Part shown: piece by piece, positions 50,745 to 59,828 of the stretch | Position numbering within the stretch: the first letter of the stretch is position 1 | Layout: every line of letters starts with the position of its first letter | Source of the DNA: a virus | Virus record (IMG/VR): IMGVR_UViG_3300035698_014070 | Span: 1-64,000 of that record | DNA: 64,000 bases | Reading direction: 5' to 3' (one strand) | Notes under the pieces: model-generated | What the model was told of the DNA's origin: nothing | The model's input: the letters and a program-made list of their open reading frames with translations, nothing else | Database searches by the model: none | Program-made: the position numbers and the translations under genes

Positions 50745-51387
50745 GTTAGTTGAATATCTTATTAAAGAAGTAGAGAAGCAAGCTTCAGATGAAGAGTTTT
50801 TAGATAAAGTTGTTGATGGAACATACACATTAAACTCTGATGGCAGTTATGATGTAGTTGGTAATGTAAAAGTGTTTAAAACGCAATCAACTTTTATTTT
50901 TGTAAAATTTAGAAAAGTAAGTGGAAATTTTATTTGTAGTTATAATGACTTAACAACATTAGAAGGCGCACCTAAAGAAGTAGGTGGAAATTTTACTTGT
51001 AACAACAATATCTTAACAACATTAGAAGGCGCACCTAAAGAAGTAGGTGGAAATTTTACTTGTAGTTATAATGACTTAACAACATTAGAAGGCGCACCTA
51101 AAGAAGTAGGTGGAAATTTTACTTGTAGTTATAATGACTTAACAACATTAGAAGGCGCACCTAAAGAAGTAGGTGGAAATTTTACTTGTAAAAACAATTA
51201 CTTAACAACATTAGAAGGCGCACCTAAAGAAGTAGGTGGAAATTTTACTTGTAAAAACAATGACTTAACAACATTAGAAGGATTAAATTATGTTAAAGGT
51301 AAAATTATTTATAATAATAATCCTATGAATTGTGAAGAAGAAATAAAAAAGCACAAACAAAGAAAAGCATCACTTAGAGATATATAA
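50737..51387 (+). CDS. Leader/SLRDI-tagged leucine-rich-repeat protein
   Basis: Starts MDKLVEYLIKE; 21-aa repeats C..N.LTTLEGAPKEVGGNFT; ends KASLRDI*. Confidence 0.88.
   Translation: MDKLVEYLIKEVEKQASDEEFLDKVVDGTYTLNSDGSYDVVGNVKVFKTQSTFIFVKFRKVSGNFICSYNDLTTLEGAPKEVGGNFTCNNNILTTLEGAPKEVGGNFTCSYNDLTTLEGAPKEVGGNFTCSYNDLTTLEGAPKEVGGNFTCKNNYLTTLEGAPKEVGGNFTCKNNDLTTLEGLNYVKGKIIYNNNPMNCEEEIKKHKQRKASLRDI
50921..51281 (+). repeat. 63-bp coding tandem repeat (5 full units plus a partial)
   Basis: Near-identical units that differ almost only in the codons following the Cys. Confidence 0.95.
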
Positions 51388-51388
51388 A

Positions 51389-51859
51389 ATGTCTAAAATG
51401 ATTCCTAATAGATCTATTGCAGCGTTTAGAAATTTTAATGACGTAAGCGTAAATAATTTCGGCTTTGAAGTAGATTTGTATATACCTAATAATGTATACG
51501 CAGATGTTGAAGATAATGATGCGTACTCTAAACCTGGAGATTACGAATACGATCATTATACTGCTATGGTATTTATAGATTGGTCGCCAAACATATATAG
51601 ATTACGAAATATTGGTATGTATACAGAAGGTGAGTTACCTATACTAGCTCGTTTTAAAACAACAGCGACTAATGATACAGGCGTGTCTGAAAGTGTTGAT
51701 ATTGTAAGGCATAGTTATATTAAGGTACCAACACAGTACGTGCCTGATAAAACGAGTGTCACTGATGAGTTTGATATAGTAGATGTATTGACATTTAATA
51801 TGCATGATGCGGCGTTAGCTAAACAGTACAAGTTGGCGCCAAGGAGAACGTTAGACTAA
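51389..51859 (+). CDS. Putative head-closure/neck protein (gp14-like)
   Basis: Position between adaptor and tail terminator; FGFEVDLYIP...LRNIG. Confidence 0.5.
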   Translation: MSKMIPNRSIAAFRNFNDVSVNNFGFEVDLYIPNNVYADVEDNDAYSKPGDYEYDHYTAMVFIDWSPNIYRLRNIGMYTEGELPILARFKTTATNDTGVSESVDIVRHSYIKVPTQYVPDKTSVTDEFDIVDVLTFNMHDAALAKQYKLAPRRTLD

Positions 51860-52062
51860 TGCAGAAAGTAACAAACTTAACGAATGAAAGTATACATTTA
51901 TATATTTCAGGAATGGTTAAGCTAATTCTTGGTCCACATGAGAGTATAACTGTGGATATTAGTGGTATAATGAATTTGCCTGAAATACGCTCTAAGATTT
52001 TGATTGGTGAAAACTTGACAGAAGTAAATCCAGTAAGTGGAAAGATGCCTTTGTATGGATAA
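51859..52062 (+). CDS. Small hypothetical protein
   Basis: TAATG-coupled; ends LTEVNPVSGKMPLYG*. Confidence 0.65.
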   Translation: MQKVTNLTNESIHLYISGMVKLILGPHESITVDISGIMNLPEIRSKILIGENLTEVNPVSGKMPLYG

Positions 52063-52495
52063 GTTAATTAAACAATTAATCGATGAAATGGCAAAATCCA
52101 GTAAAAAAACATTAGCTCAAATGGATTTAAAAGAAATTCCAGAGATAAGTAAAGTGAAACATTTAAATCAATTAGCTGTGTGGGCAGCTAGACTTGGTTA
52201 TCCAGAGCTTATTCATCTTGCATTAGATAATGGAGCTAAGTTAGAACAAAAAGATATTGAACAATTAGCTATGCACGCGCTAAGATATAAATCTATTCCT
52301 ATGGCTGAAATAGCAGCAGATTTAGGTTGGGACAAAGATATGGATATTGCTGATGATAGAGCTGGATTAGATTCTGAAAATATTGATTGGCAAATAAAAA
52401 AGTGTAAAAATAATAAAACATCAAATATTGATTTTTACATATGGTTACGTGATAAATTTAATATAGTACCACTTGGTAGTTTAAGAGATATTTAA
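52055..52495 (+). CDS. Leader/SLRDI-tagged protein with an ankyrin-like repeat
   Basis: Starts MDKLIKQLIDE at ATG 52055; WAARLGYPELIHLALDNGA; ends LGSLRDI*. Confidence 0.7.
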   Translation: MDKLIKQLIDEMAKSSKKTLAQMDLKEIPEISKVKHLNQLAVWAARLGYPELIHLALDNGAKLEQKDIEQLAMHALRYKSIPMAEIAADLGWDKDMDIADDRAGLDSENIDWQIKKCKNNKTSNIDFYIWLRDKFNIVPLGSLRDI

Positions 52496-53187
52496 TGTCG
52501 AGTAGTTTTTTAAAATGTATCGATGAAGGTTTGCGAGCATTATTGTTCACAAAGTTTCAAACCATAATGGGTTTAACAGCGTCAAATGACGCAGAAGAAA
52601 CGTCTGTTATTATATTCCCAAAACGTGTAGCACAACGTATGATGGCAGAAAAGAGAGGACGCCACGAACTAGAGTTTATAAATTTATGGAGATCAACTGA
52701 GCAGTTTGATTGGAGTAGACAAAGAAGTTTTGTTGCACGTAATGGAATGCATTTAGAATATACGGATAGCAACACTAATTCAATTGTTACAATAAAAGGT
52801 ATTCCAGTTGTACTTCCATATAGTATTTGGTTTTGGAGTACGGATTTTGATAAACTTAATAATGTAAAAATAGAATATTTATTTTGGCAGCATGAGAATC
52901 CATATTTAAGTTTATCTTATAATGATAGTTACCCTGTTGAAATGGACTTACATTTTGGAGATATTGTTGATGAGTCTGATATTGAAAATATGTTTAATGT
53001 AGGTAAGTATCATGTAATTATGATGCCTATAACTATAGATGGTTGGGTGTTTAAAACTACAAATCCTGGCGTAGTACAGAAAATTGTGGTTACTATATAT
53101 GATCAAGATAGCATTGAAGATAGAACTGAATTTTTAGCTTCTCCAAATACAGAGTTGCAGTTGTATCAAGAAGAAATAGAAGAATAA
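52495..53187 (+). CDS. Tail terminator/sheath stabiliser (gp15-like)
   Basis: Immediately upstream of the sheath; IPVVLPYSIWFWS...ITIDGW. Confidence 0.6.
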   Translation: MSSSFLKCIDEGLRALLFTKFQTIMGLTASNDAEETSVIIFPKRVAQRMMAEKRGRHELEFINLWRSTEQFDWSRQRSFVARNGMHLEYTDSNTNSIVTIKGIPVVLPYSIWFWSTDFDKLNNVKIEYLFWQHENPYLSLSYNDSYPVEMDLHFGDIVDESDIENMFNVGKYHVIMMPITIDGWVFKTTNPGVVQKIVVTIYDQDSIEDRTEFLASPNTELQLYQEEIEE

Positions 53188-53203
53188 TATAAGGAGTTAT
53201 ATA

Positions 53204-54865
53204 ATGGGCTTTTATATGTCACCCGGTGTTTATAGTAAAGAGAAAGATATTTCTAATATCATTCCTACCATTTCGTCTACTACAGCTGCTTTAGTTGGAT
53301 GTTCTGTAAAGGGTAGTTTAGATGTTACGAGTGTTACTAATTCTCAGCAGTTTATAGAAGAGTATGGTAAACCTGTACCAGGAAATTATTTCCACTATAC
53401 TGCATTAGCATTTTTAGAAAACGGAAATAGTTTATACTGTAAACGGGTAATTAATGCAGCACTATACGGTGGAATGGATGTGTATGAAGCAGATGCTGGA
53501 ACAAATATAGCATTTACTTCTGGTGAAACAACTGCTGAGTTTACCTATGCATCTTCAGAAGATGAAGTAATATTGCAAATATTTGGTAAAGATCCAGGTG
53601 TGTGGGATAATCGTATTAGTATTAATATTGGAAATGTTCAAGAAACTATAGATACTACATATAAAGATAGTGATGAAGAAGATATCGCACTTCCAACTGT
53701 TGAACAGTATACATTTAGTATTGAAGTATGGTATGAGAACGATGAAGGAACAGATGAATTAGTTGAATCATGGAAAGTTAGTCGTAAAACAAAAACAGAT
53801 GGTAATGGACGACAGCTATATCTTGAAGATGTAATAAATGGTTATAGTAAATATATTCTTGTATATGATAATACAGATATTGCTGATACAAGTTTACCTG
53901 AAAGTAATGGTACATTAGGTGTTGTAACAGACGCAGTTACTTTAGGTGGTGGAAGTGATGGTGGTACAGTTACAGCGGCTGCTAAAGTTTTAGGATGGAC
54001 AGAATTTGAAAATCCAGATGATGTAGATATTCGAATTATGTTAAACGGCGGTGAAACAGATGTATCTGTTCAAACTGAAATGAAGCGCGTTGCAGAAGCT
54101 CGTAAAGATTGTTTTGCTATTTTAGATATACCGTATGCACAACTTTCTAGTATTACGAATATGCTTACATGGAGAATGAGTACGCAAAATTTTGATTCTA
54201 GTTACACAGCTTTATATGCACCGTGGGTAAAAGCTTATGATGCGTATAATGATGTGCTTCTCGAATTGCCGCCTTCTGGATATGTTGGTTCGCAGTATGT
54301 TTATAATGATTTTAATGCTGAAGTGTGGTACGCCCCTGCTGGTCATACTCGAGGTAAATTAAATGTATTAAGTTTGACAGATGTATTTACACAAGGTGAG
54401 CGTGATCAATTATATCCAAGACAAATTAATCCACTACAAACATTCCGTGGTCGTGGTAATGTTATATGGGGACAAAAAACACAGCAGTTTAAAGCATCCG
54501 CACTTAGTAGTGTCAATGTTCGTAGGCTTTTGATTATAATAGAAAAAGCAGTAGCTATTGCAATGCAGGACTTTGTGTTTGAACCAAATAATGATTTGAC
54601 GCGTTTTAAAGTTGAAGCAGTTATTACTGAATATATGGATAATCTTTCAGCAAAAGGAGCGTTTCAAACTGAAGCTGGTGATGATGGATATGCAGTAATA
54701 TGTAATACGACAAACAATACGCCTGCGATTATTGATTTAAATGAACTACATGTAGATATATTTGTAAAGCCTTCACGCGCCGCAGAGTATATTCAGTTAC
54801 AAACTATTATCACACCGACTGGAGCATCATTTAATGAGTTAATAAGTCGTGGAGTTTTGTTATAA
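53204..54865 (+). CDS. Tail sheath protein (gp18-like)
   Basis: SPGVYSKE, RKDCFAILD, WYAPAG..RG, WGQKT, VNVRRL, FEPN, NNTP. Confidence 0.97.
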   Translation: MGFYMSPGVYSKEKDISNIIPTISSTTAALVGCSVKGSLDVTSVTNSQQFIEEYGKPVPGNYFHYTALAFLENGNSLYCKRVINAALYGGMDVYEADAGTNIAFTSGETTAEFTYASSEDEVILQIFGKDPGVWDNRISINIGNVQETIDTTYKDSDEEDIALPTVEQYTFSIEVWYENDEGTDELVESWKVSRKTKTDGNGRQLYLEDVINGYSKYILVYDNTDIADTSLPESNGTLGVVTDAVTLGGGSDGGTVTAAAKVLGWTEFENPDDVDIRIMLNGGETDVSVQTEMKRVAEARKDCFAILDIPYAQLSSITNMLTWRMSTQNFDSSYTALYAPWVKAYDAYNDVLLELPPSGYVGSQYVYNDFNAEVWYAPAGHTRGKLNVLSLTDVFTQGERDQLYPRQINPLQTFRGRGNVIWGQKTQQFKASALSSVNVRRLLIIIEKAVAIAMQDFVFEPNNDLTRFKVEAVITEYMDNLSAKGAFQTEAGDDGYAVICNTTNNTPAIIDLNELHVDIFVKPSRAAEYIQLQTIITPTGASFNELISRGVLL

Positions 54866-54884
54866 TTAATATAGGAGAAGTATA

Positions 54885-55403
54885 ATGTCCAAAATGTCTA
54901 CCGATAATCTTCGTAACAATCTAACAAATCTGCAAAGAACTTATCTTTGGGATGTACTTATTCCAAATCCTTTAGGTGGTGGAGATCCTGATACGATTTC
55001 TATTCGCGCAAGGGCGATGCCATTACCAGGTTGGAGCTTTGGTCAAATACTTGTACCGTATAAACAAAGTCCAGGTGTTGTATATCCAGGTAAATTGGCA
55101 TTTTCACATGATTGGGTGTGTACATTTATTGAAGGTGAAGATCATGCAGTATTTGATATTATTTATGACTGGCGTCAGTTAATTGTACATGATAAAACAA
55201 ATATAGGTACGACAGATGTTGCAATTAAAAGTGATATTTATTTAAAGCTATTGAAAACTGACGGTGACGAAAGTATGAAAATTCGTATGGTTGGTTGTTT
55301 TCCAAGAATAGGTGATGATGTTCCTATGTCATATGATGATGAGAGTACAGTGCTATATTCGGTAACTTGGTCATACGATCGCTGGGAAAAAGTAGCAGAA
55401 TAA
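54885..55403 (+). CDS. Tail tube protein (gp19-like)
   Basis: Follows the sheath; LPG..FG...VPY...PG, GCFP, VTWSYD. Confidence 0.88.
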   Translation: MSKMSTDNLRNNLTNLQRTYLWDVLIPNPLGGGDPDTISIRARAMPLPGWSFGQILVPYKQSPGVVYPGKLAFSHDWVCTFIEGEDHAVFDIIYDWRQLIVHDKTNIGTTDVAIKSDIYLKLLKTDGDESMKIRMVGCFPRIGDDVPMSYDDESTVLYSVTWSYDRWEKVAE

Positions 55404-55404
55404 T

Positions 55405-56040
55405 ATGAGTTTATCAGATATAGTAAAAGCCAATATTCCTGGTGTAAGTAATCCGCGTGCACTACTTGATAATTTTGTTGGTGGTGCGAAGACAACTATA
55501 TTTGACAGTACATTTGGTTTTAATAAAACATTACCAATGCAGCGAACGTATAATTGGGATATATTTATGTGGTTTACATATAATGGTATTCCAGGTCCGC
55601 TGTTATCAAAATACTGTCAGAGTATCAAATTTGGTAATTACAATATAGCAGATGTAACAGAGTTTAAAACTGGAGCATTTAAACAGTTTTACGCGGGTTT
55701 GTTTTCTATTGACTCTGTAACTATGTCTTTTGTTGTACCAATACCTGATATGATTACAAGTTTTTTCTTAGGATGGCGAAACCATATTGTTGATGAAATG
55801 GGAAATTATGGGTTAAAATCGAATTACTCTCATAATATTTATATTCTTTTAAATAATTTAACGGGAATACCATTTAGTAGAGTACGTTTAGAAGGGGCGT
55901 TTCCTAGAACGTACCCTGTTGCAGATTTATCATATGAAAATGAAGGACTACTTAAATATAATATAGATATTTCAGTAGATAAAATTAAACCGTTAACTGG
56001 ACCAACAGTTGTAAAGGATATTATTGGCGCAGTTATCTAG
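55405..56040 (+). CDS. Second tube-like/baseplate tube-initiator protein
   Basis: Paralogous QRTY.WD and LEGAFP....LSY motifs. Confidence 0.65.
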   Translation: MSLSDIVKANIPGVSNPRALLDNFVGGAKTTIFDSTFGFNKTLPMQRTYNWDIFMWFTYNGIPGPLLSKYCQSIKFGNYNIADVTEFKTGAFKQFYAGLFSIDSVTMSFVVPIPDMITSFFLGWRNHIVDEMGNYGLKSNYSHNIYILLNNLTGIPFSRVRLEGAFPRTYPVADLSYENEGLLKYNIDISVDKIKPLTGPTVVKDIIGAVI

Positions 56041-56057
56041 AACAATGGAGCAGAACA

Positions 56058-56789
56058 ATGAACAATAACCTTGAATACCAAGTCATAAAGTTGCCTTCTA
56101 AATGCATTCCATATAAAGATGTAGATCCAGCGTCTATACAAATACGGCCACTAAAGGCAAAAGATGAAGCACTAATTGCTGAAATTAATGATAATAATAT
56201 TGAGCGTAAAACAAAAATACTATTTGATAGTGTTTTGCTTGGTATAAAATCAAAAGATTTAACTTTAGGTGATCGATTATACTTGCTATTATGGGAAATG
56301 ATGAACTCATACAATGATGAAATAGAAGTACAATTTGTATGCGATACTTGTTTTGAAAAAATTCGCAATTATCCTATTAAAATATCTGAAATAAATTCAG
56401 TTGAGCTTTCTGATTCATACGAAGAACCATATACAATAAATTTATCATGTACAAATATTAATACAAGATTAATGCGTATATCAGATGAAATAGAAATAGC
56501 ATTATTTACTAAATCTAAAAATAATACATATTTATATCAGTACGCTTTAACTATTATTGATGATAAATTAAATACATTAGAAAAAGTAAAAATTCTTGAA
56601 GAATTAGATACAAAAGATCTTGCGAAAATACGAGCATTTCATGAACAGTTTGCGCATGGTCCTGATATGATTATTAAATATGTTTGTCCTATATGTAATG
56701 AGGAGGGAAGCTTTATATTACCCTTTCAGTTCAGTACATTTTTTCCGCAAGGTGAAGCCCTTATCAGAAATTTTGGAAATAGAGTTTAA
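56058..56789 (+). CDS. Baseplate hub assembly/tail chaperone (gp26-like)
   Basis: KLPSK..PY, IRPLKAKDE, GDRLYLL, C..C...CPIC, FF. Confidence 0.8.
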   Translation: MNNNLEYQVIKLPSKCIPYKDVDPASIQIRPLKAKDEALIAEINDNNIERKTKILFDSVLLGIKSKDLTLGDRLYLLLWEMMNSYNDEIEVQFVCDTCFEKIRNYPIKISEINSVELSDSYEEPYTINLSCTNINTRLMRISDEIEIALFTKSKNNTYLYQYALTIIDDKLNTLEKVKILEELDTKDLAKIRAFHEQFAHGPDMIIKYVCPICNEEGSFILPFQFSTFFPQGEALIRNFGNRV

Positions 56790-56910
56790 ATTAATGTATC
56801 AATTACATATGTCAAGATATGATTTTGCAAATAGTTTTACGCGTGATATTACATGGATATGTAACAGACTTGAAGTACAGAAGGCAAAAGAAAAAGAAGC
56901 AAGAAAGTAA
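56752..56910 (+). CDS. Small gp51-like chaperone ORF overlapping the gp26-like gene; start uncertain
   Basis: LEIEFKLMYQLHMSRYDF...RDITWICNRL, in the +1 frame. Confidence 0.55.
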   Translation: MKPLSEILEIEFKLMYQLHMSRYDFANSFTRDITWICNRLEVQKAKEKEARK

Positions 56911-56913
56911 ATT

Positions 56914-58341
56914 GTGGCAAAACGTAAAGTAGTAAAATCTGAATATAGTAAATGGGGTCCATCAGGACTTGATTTATATACATTAGAAACTCTACAAGAT
57001 ATTCAACGTAAAATGACAAAAGACACATTGCCATATTTAAAGTTAATAATAGATCAATATGGTGATGCAGATTTAGGTAAACAAGCTAAAATTTTACATA
57101 ATAAAGCAAAAGCATCTGTTGCTATAATTTCAAAAATGCGTGGATTATATGGCAAATCTGCAACAAAAGATGAAATTGAAAAGCTTGTTACATTATTAGA
57201 TGATTTATCTGTAGGTATTTCTGTTTTAAATGATAACGTTGATCCTGTTAATGAAAATATAGAGCAACTGCAAGAAGCACTAACAGAAACGCATACTAAA
57301 ATAGCAGAATTTGCTAGTAAAGGAATGGAAATATCGCAACAAGCTCATAAGCATAGACTTAAAGATGCTGCCTGGTCTGCAATAAAAGGTATGGGAGCTC
57401 GCGCACTATACTCTTTTATAGGTTATAGTGGAGCCGCTGCTTATGGTATGGGTAAAAAAGCAATTGGTGGATGGAAAGAAGGTAAACAAGCCAGAAAAAA
57501 AGCAGCTTTAGAAACATCTTTGAATGTGAGTAGTGCTTTTGGTGGTGGAGAATTTGACAAAAGTAATTTTGGTGGTGGAGGAGGTATAGGCGGTAGTGGA
57601 ATTAACGTAGCTGCTACTGCAGTTTCAATTGGAATGCATATGTTTTATCAAAAAGGTGCGTATTCTGCACATTACACACGTGAAATGATGAAACATATAC
57701 GCCATATGTCTGGCGCGCCTTGGGGAATTACTGGAGATGCTTATGGTCTTACAAGTACAGTAGAAAGTGTAAAAGATACAGTAGAAGTAGCAATAGGAAC
57801 AGCTGCTTCAAGAATAATTGGTGGTTCAATATCAAAATCAATACTTGGTTTTTTAGGAAAAGCAGGATTAGTAACAGTTGTTGCAGGAACAGCATATCTT
57901 CTTGGTAGCAAATATATTGCACCATACGCTGTTAAAGGTGTAGATGCTTTATTTGATTGGGTGTTTCCAGCAAACGATCCAGCTGGGATTAACCCAAAAA
58001 AACCTAGCGCTAACGATGTAATTGTTTTAAGTCCACTTCAAGCAATGCAACAATTTCCCAGTATGGTAACAGATCCAAATAGTTCTTTTGTTATTCCAAA
58101 TAGCTTAAGCAATACTGGATTAACTCAAGAACAAATTAGTACAGCAGTAACAGGAAATTCAAAAGATTTTATAAAACAAAATAGTTCAGTAGATAATGTT
58201 CCATCAAGAGTATGGGAAGAAATGGCAAACACACTTAAAAAAATAAGTATTAATACTGATCCAAATAATCCATATGTAAATAAGCAAAGTGTTTTTCCAG
58301 AACCAAGTAATATTAGTGAATTTTCAGAACCGAGTAATTAA
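56914..58341 (+). CDS. Putative tape measure protein
   Basis: Helical, Ala/Gly-rich with hydrophobic stretches; follows the chaperones. Confidence 0.6.
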   Translation: MAKRKVVKSEYSKWGPSGLDLYTLETLQDIQRKMTKDTLPYLKLIIDQYGDADLGKQAKILHNKAKASVAIISKMRGLYGKSATKDEIEKLVTLLDDLSVGISVLNDNVDPVNENIEQLQEALTETHTKIAEFASKGMEISQQAHKHRLKDAAWSAIKGMGARALYSFIGYSGAAAYGMGKKAIGGWKEGKQARKKAALETSLNVSSAFGGGEFDKSNFGGGGGIGGSGINVAATAVSIGMHMFYQKGAYSAHYTREMMKHIRHMSGAPWGITGDAYGLTSTVESVKDTVEVAIGTAASRIIGGSISKSILGFLGKAGLVTVVAGTAYLLGSKYIAPYAVKGVDALFDWVFPANDPAGINPKKPSANDVIVLSPLQAMQQFPSMVTDPNSSFVIPNSLSNTGLTQEQISTAVTGNSKDFIKQNSSVDNVPSRVWEEMANTLKKISINTDPNNPYVNKQSVFPEPSNISEFSEPSN

Positions 58342-58343
58342 CT

Positions 58344-59144
58344 ATGGCAGATAAAGATATATTTGAAATTAGAAATTATAAAGTTAATACAGAATCAGTA
58401 GATGATCCTAAAGATGTAAATACAAAAACAGATGAATCAGAAATTGTTGGCAGCGCTTGGATGGAAAATAAGATATCTGAAAATTATCTTGTAAAAATAT
58501 ATAGTTCAGCACTTAATTGCGAAGTAGTTGGAGTATTACAAGATAACTTTGTTGAAGAAGTTGCGAGTAGTTGGAACCCTATTGCCGGATTTGAAAGAGC
58601 AAAAAATATTGGAAATAGTCTTGTTTTTCAAAAAATCTTTGGTGTCGTTGGTGTTGTTCCATGGATGTCAAGAAGAAAATGGGAAGGTACCACTCCAGTA
58701 TCAATTACACTAAATTTAATGTTCCAAGCAAATTCTAATCCAATGAATGAAGTAGTTAAACCATGTTTACGATTAAAACAAATGGTATTGCCTGGGCATG
58801 GAACTAAATATAAAGAAGGTAAAACAGATGATAAGAGTTATTTTCTTGTACCACCTGGTCCATCTCCGATAGGGTGGTTCGAAGAAAATAATGCTAAAAC
58901 AGATCAAATAGAAATATCAATAGGAAATCTTGTTACATATGAAAGCGTCATAGTTAAAAATGTAAGAACAGAAATAGAACCTAAGTTTGATAAAAACGGA
59001 AATCCAATTATGGCAAAAGCCACTATTGGTTTTGAATCATATGAGATTATGACGAAAGATAGTATAGGTAGTGCGTACGGAAATAAAAGCTTACCTACTG
59101 GTTTTTTAGAAGAAGCTAATACTACTATAAATGGATCTAAATAA
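58344..59144 (+). CDS. Baseplate/tube-initiator-like protein
   Basis: Tail-module position; WEGTTP.SITL.L.F and P.....ISIG patterns. Confidence 0.5.
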   Translation: MADKDIFEIRNYKVNTESVDDPKDVNTKTDESEIVGSAWMENKISENYLVKIYSSALNCEVVGVLQDNFVEEVASSWNPIAGFERAKNIGNSLVFQKIFGVVGVVPWMSRRKWEGTTPVSITLNLMFQANSNPMNEVVKPCLRLKQMVLPGHGTKYKEGKTDDKSYFLVPPGPSPIGWFEENNAKTDQIEISIGNLVTYESVIVKNVRTEIEPKFDKNGNPIMAKATIGFESYEIMTKDSIGSAYGNKSLPTGFLEEANTTINGSK

Positions 59145-59329
59145 TGAAAGAAACGTTAAGAGCAATAGTTATGTTTTTGTTTGTTTTACCGACACTTTTA
59201 ATAGTAGGAACTATACTTGGTTCAGCTGTAGCTCCAGTAATAGGTACTATTATTGGTTTTGTGAGTGGTATTGTTATTTTTTGTAAGTGGCTAGATGATG
59301 GTTTTGGCAGTTTGTTTTTTGATGATTAA
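59144..59329 (+). CDS. Small hydrophobic membrane protein
   Basis: Two-TM-like hydrophobicity. Confidence 0.6.
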   Translation: MKETLRAIVMFLFVLPTLLIVGTILGSAVAPVIGTIIGFVSGIVIFCKWLDDGFGSLFFDD

Positions 59330-59347
59330 AAATGGATTATTAGTAAT

Positions 59348-59827
59348 ATGAATAGAACAAGATTTTTTAATAAAGCAATTGTTACACGTAAAGAATATTC
59401 TGTATCGTGGAAAGCGATAAATGATAGTGGTAAACTTATTTCTAAAACGAGAGTATACAGTTCTAAAAGTAATTTAAATACAAAAATAGTAAGTTTACGT
59501 AGTACATTAGATGGTGAAAAAGGTGAAGAAATAATTACTATTAATTTAGATATTGAAAAGAAAGTAAAAGAATTAGATTTTATTGATAATAATCTTTCTA
59601 ACTTTTCTATTAATTTTGATCCTATTTATTATCGATTAAGCTCTAGTGATAGAAAACGACCAGATATAATTAGTTTTAATAATTATGAAACTGTAAAATA
59701 TTGGTGGCTAACTTGTTTAGTAAATGGTATAGAAGATCCTTTTTTTGAAACAGTAATTGGTAAAGTAATGATTATACCAGATATACAAGATATTTTTTCT
59801 TTTTACAGAAATCACGCAGTAAGATAA
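59348..59827 (+). CDS. Baseplate wedge gp53/LysM-like protein
   Basis: RPDIISF..Y....YWW.....NGIEDPF....G....IP. Confidence 0.8.
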   Translation: MNRTRFFNKAIVTRKEYSVSWKAINDSGKLISKTRVYSSKSNLNTKIVSLRSTLDGEKGEEIITINLDIEKKVKELDFIDNNLSNFSINFDPIYYRLSSSDRKRPDIISFNNYETVKYWWLTCLVNGIEDPFFETVIGKVMIIPDIQDIFSFYRNHAVR

Positions 59828-59828
59828 T

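Noticed and set aside
50921-51281. Diversity-generating retroelement target
   Set aside because: No reverse transcriptase or template/variable repeat pair in the window, and the differences are not clearly adenine-specific.
18027-52495. SLRDI motif as merely an RBS/translation enhancer (TTTAAGAGATAT resembles GGAGATAT leaders)
   Set aside because: It is in frame and stop-adjacent in all nine ORFs, with synonymous codon variation including cgg, gac, ctt and tcg, and spacing to the next ATG varies. A secondary RNA role is not excluded, given the two orphan copies.
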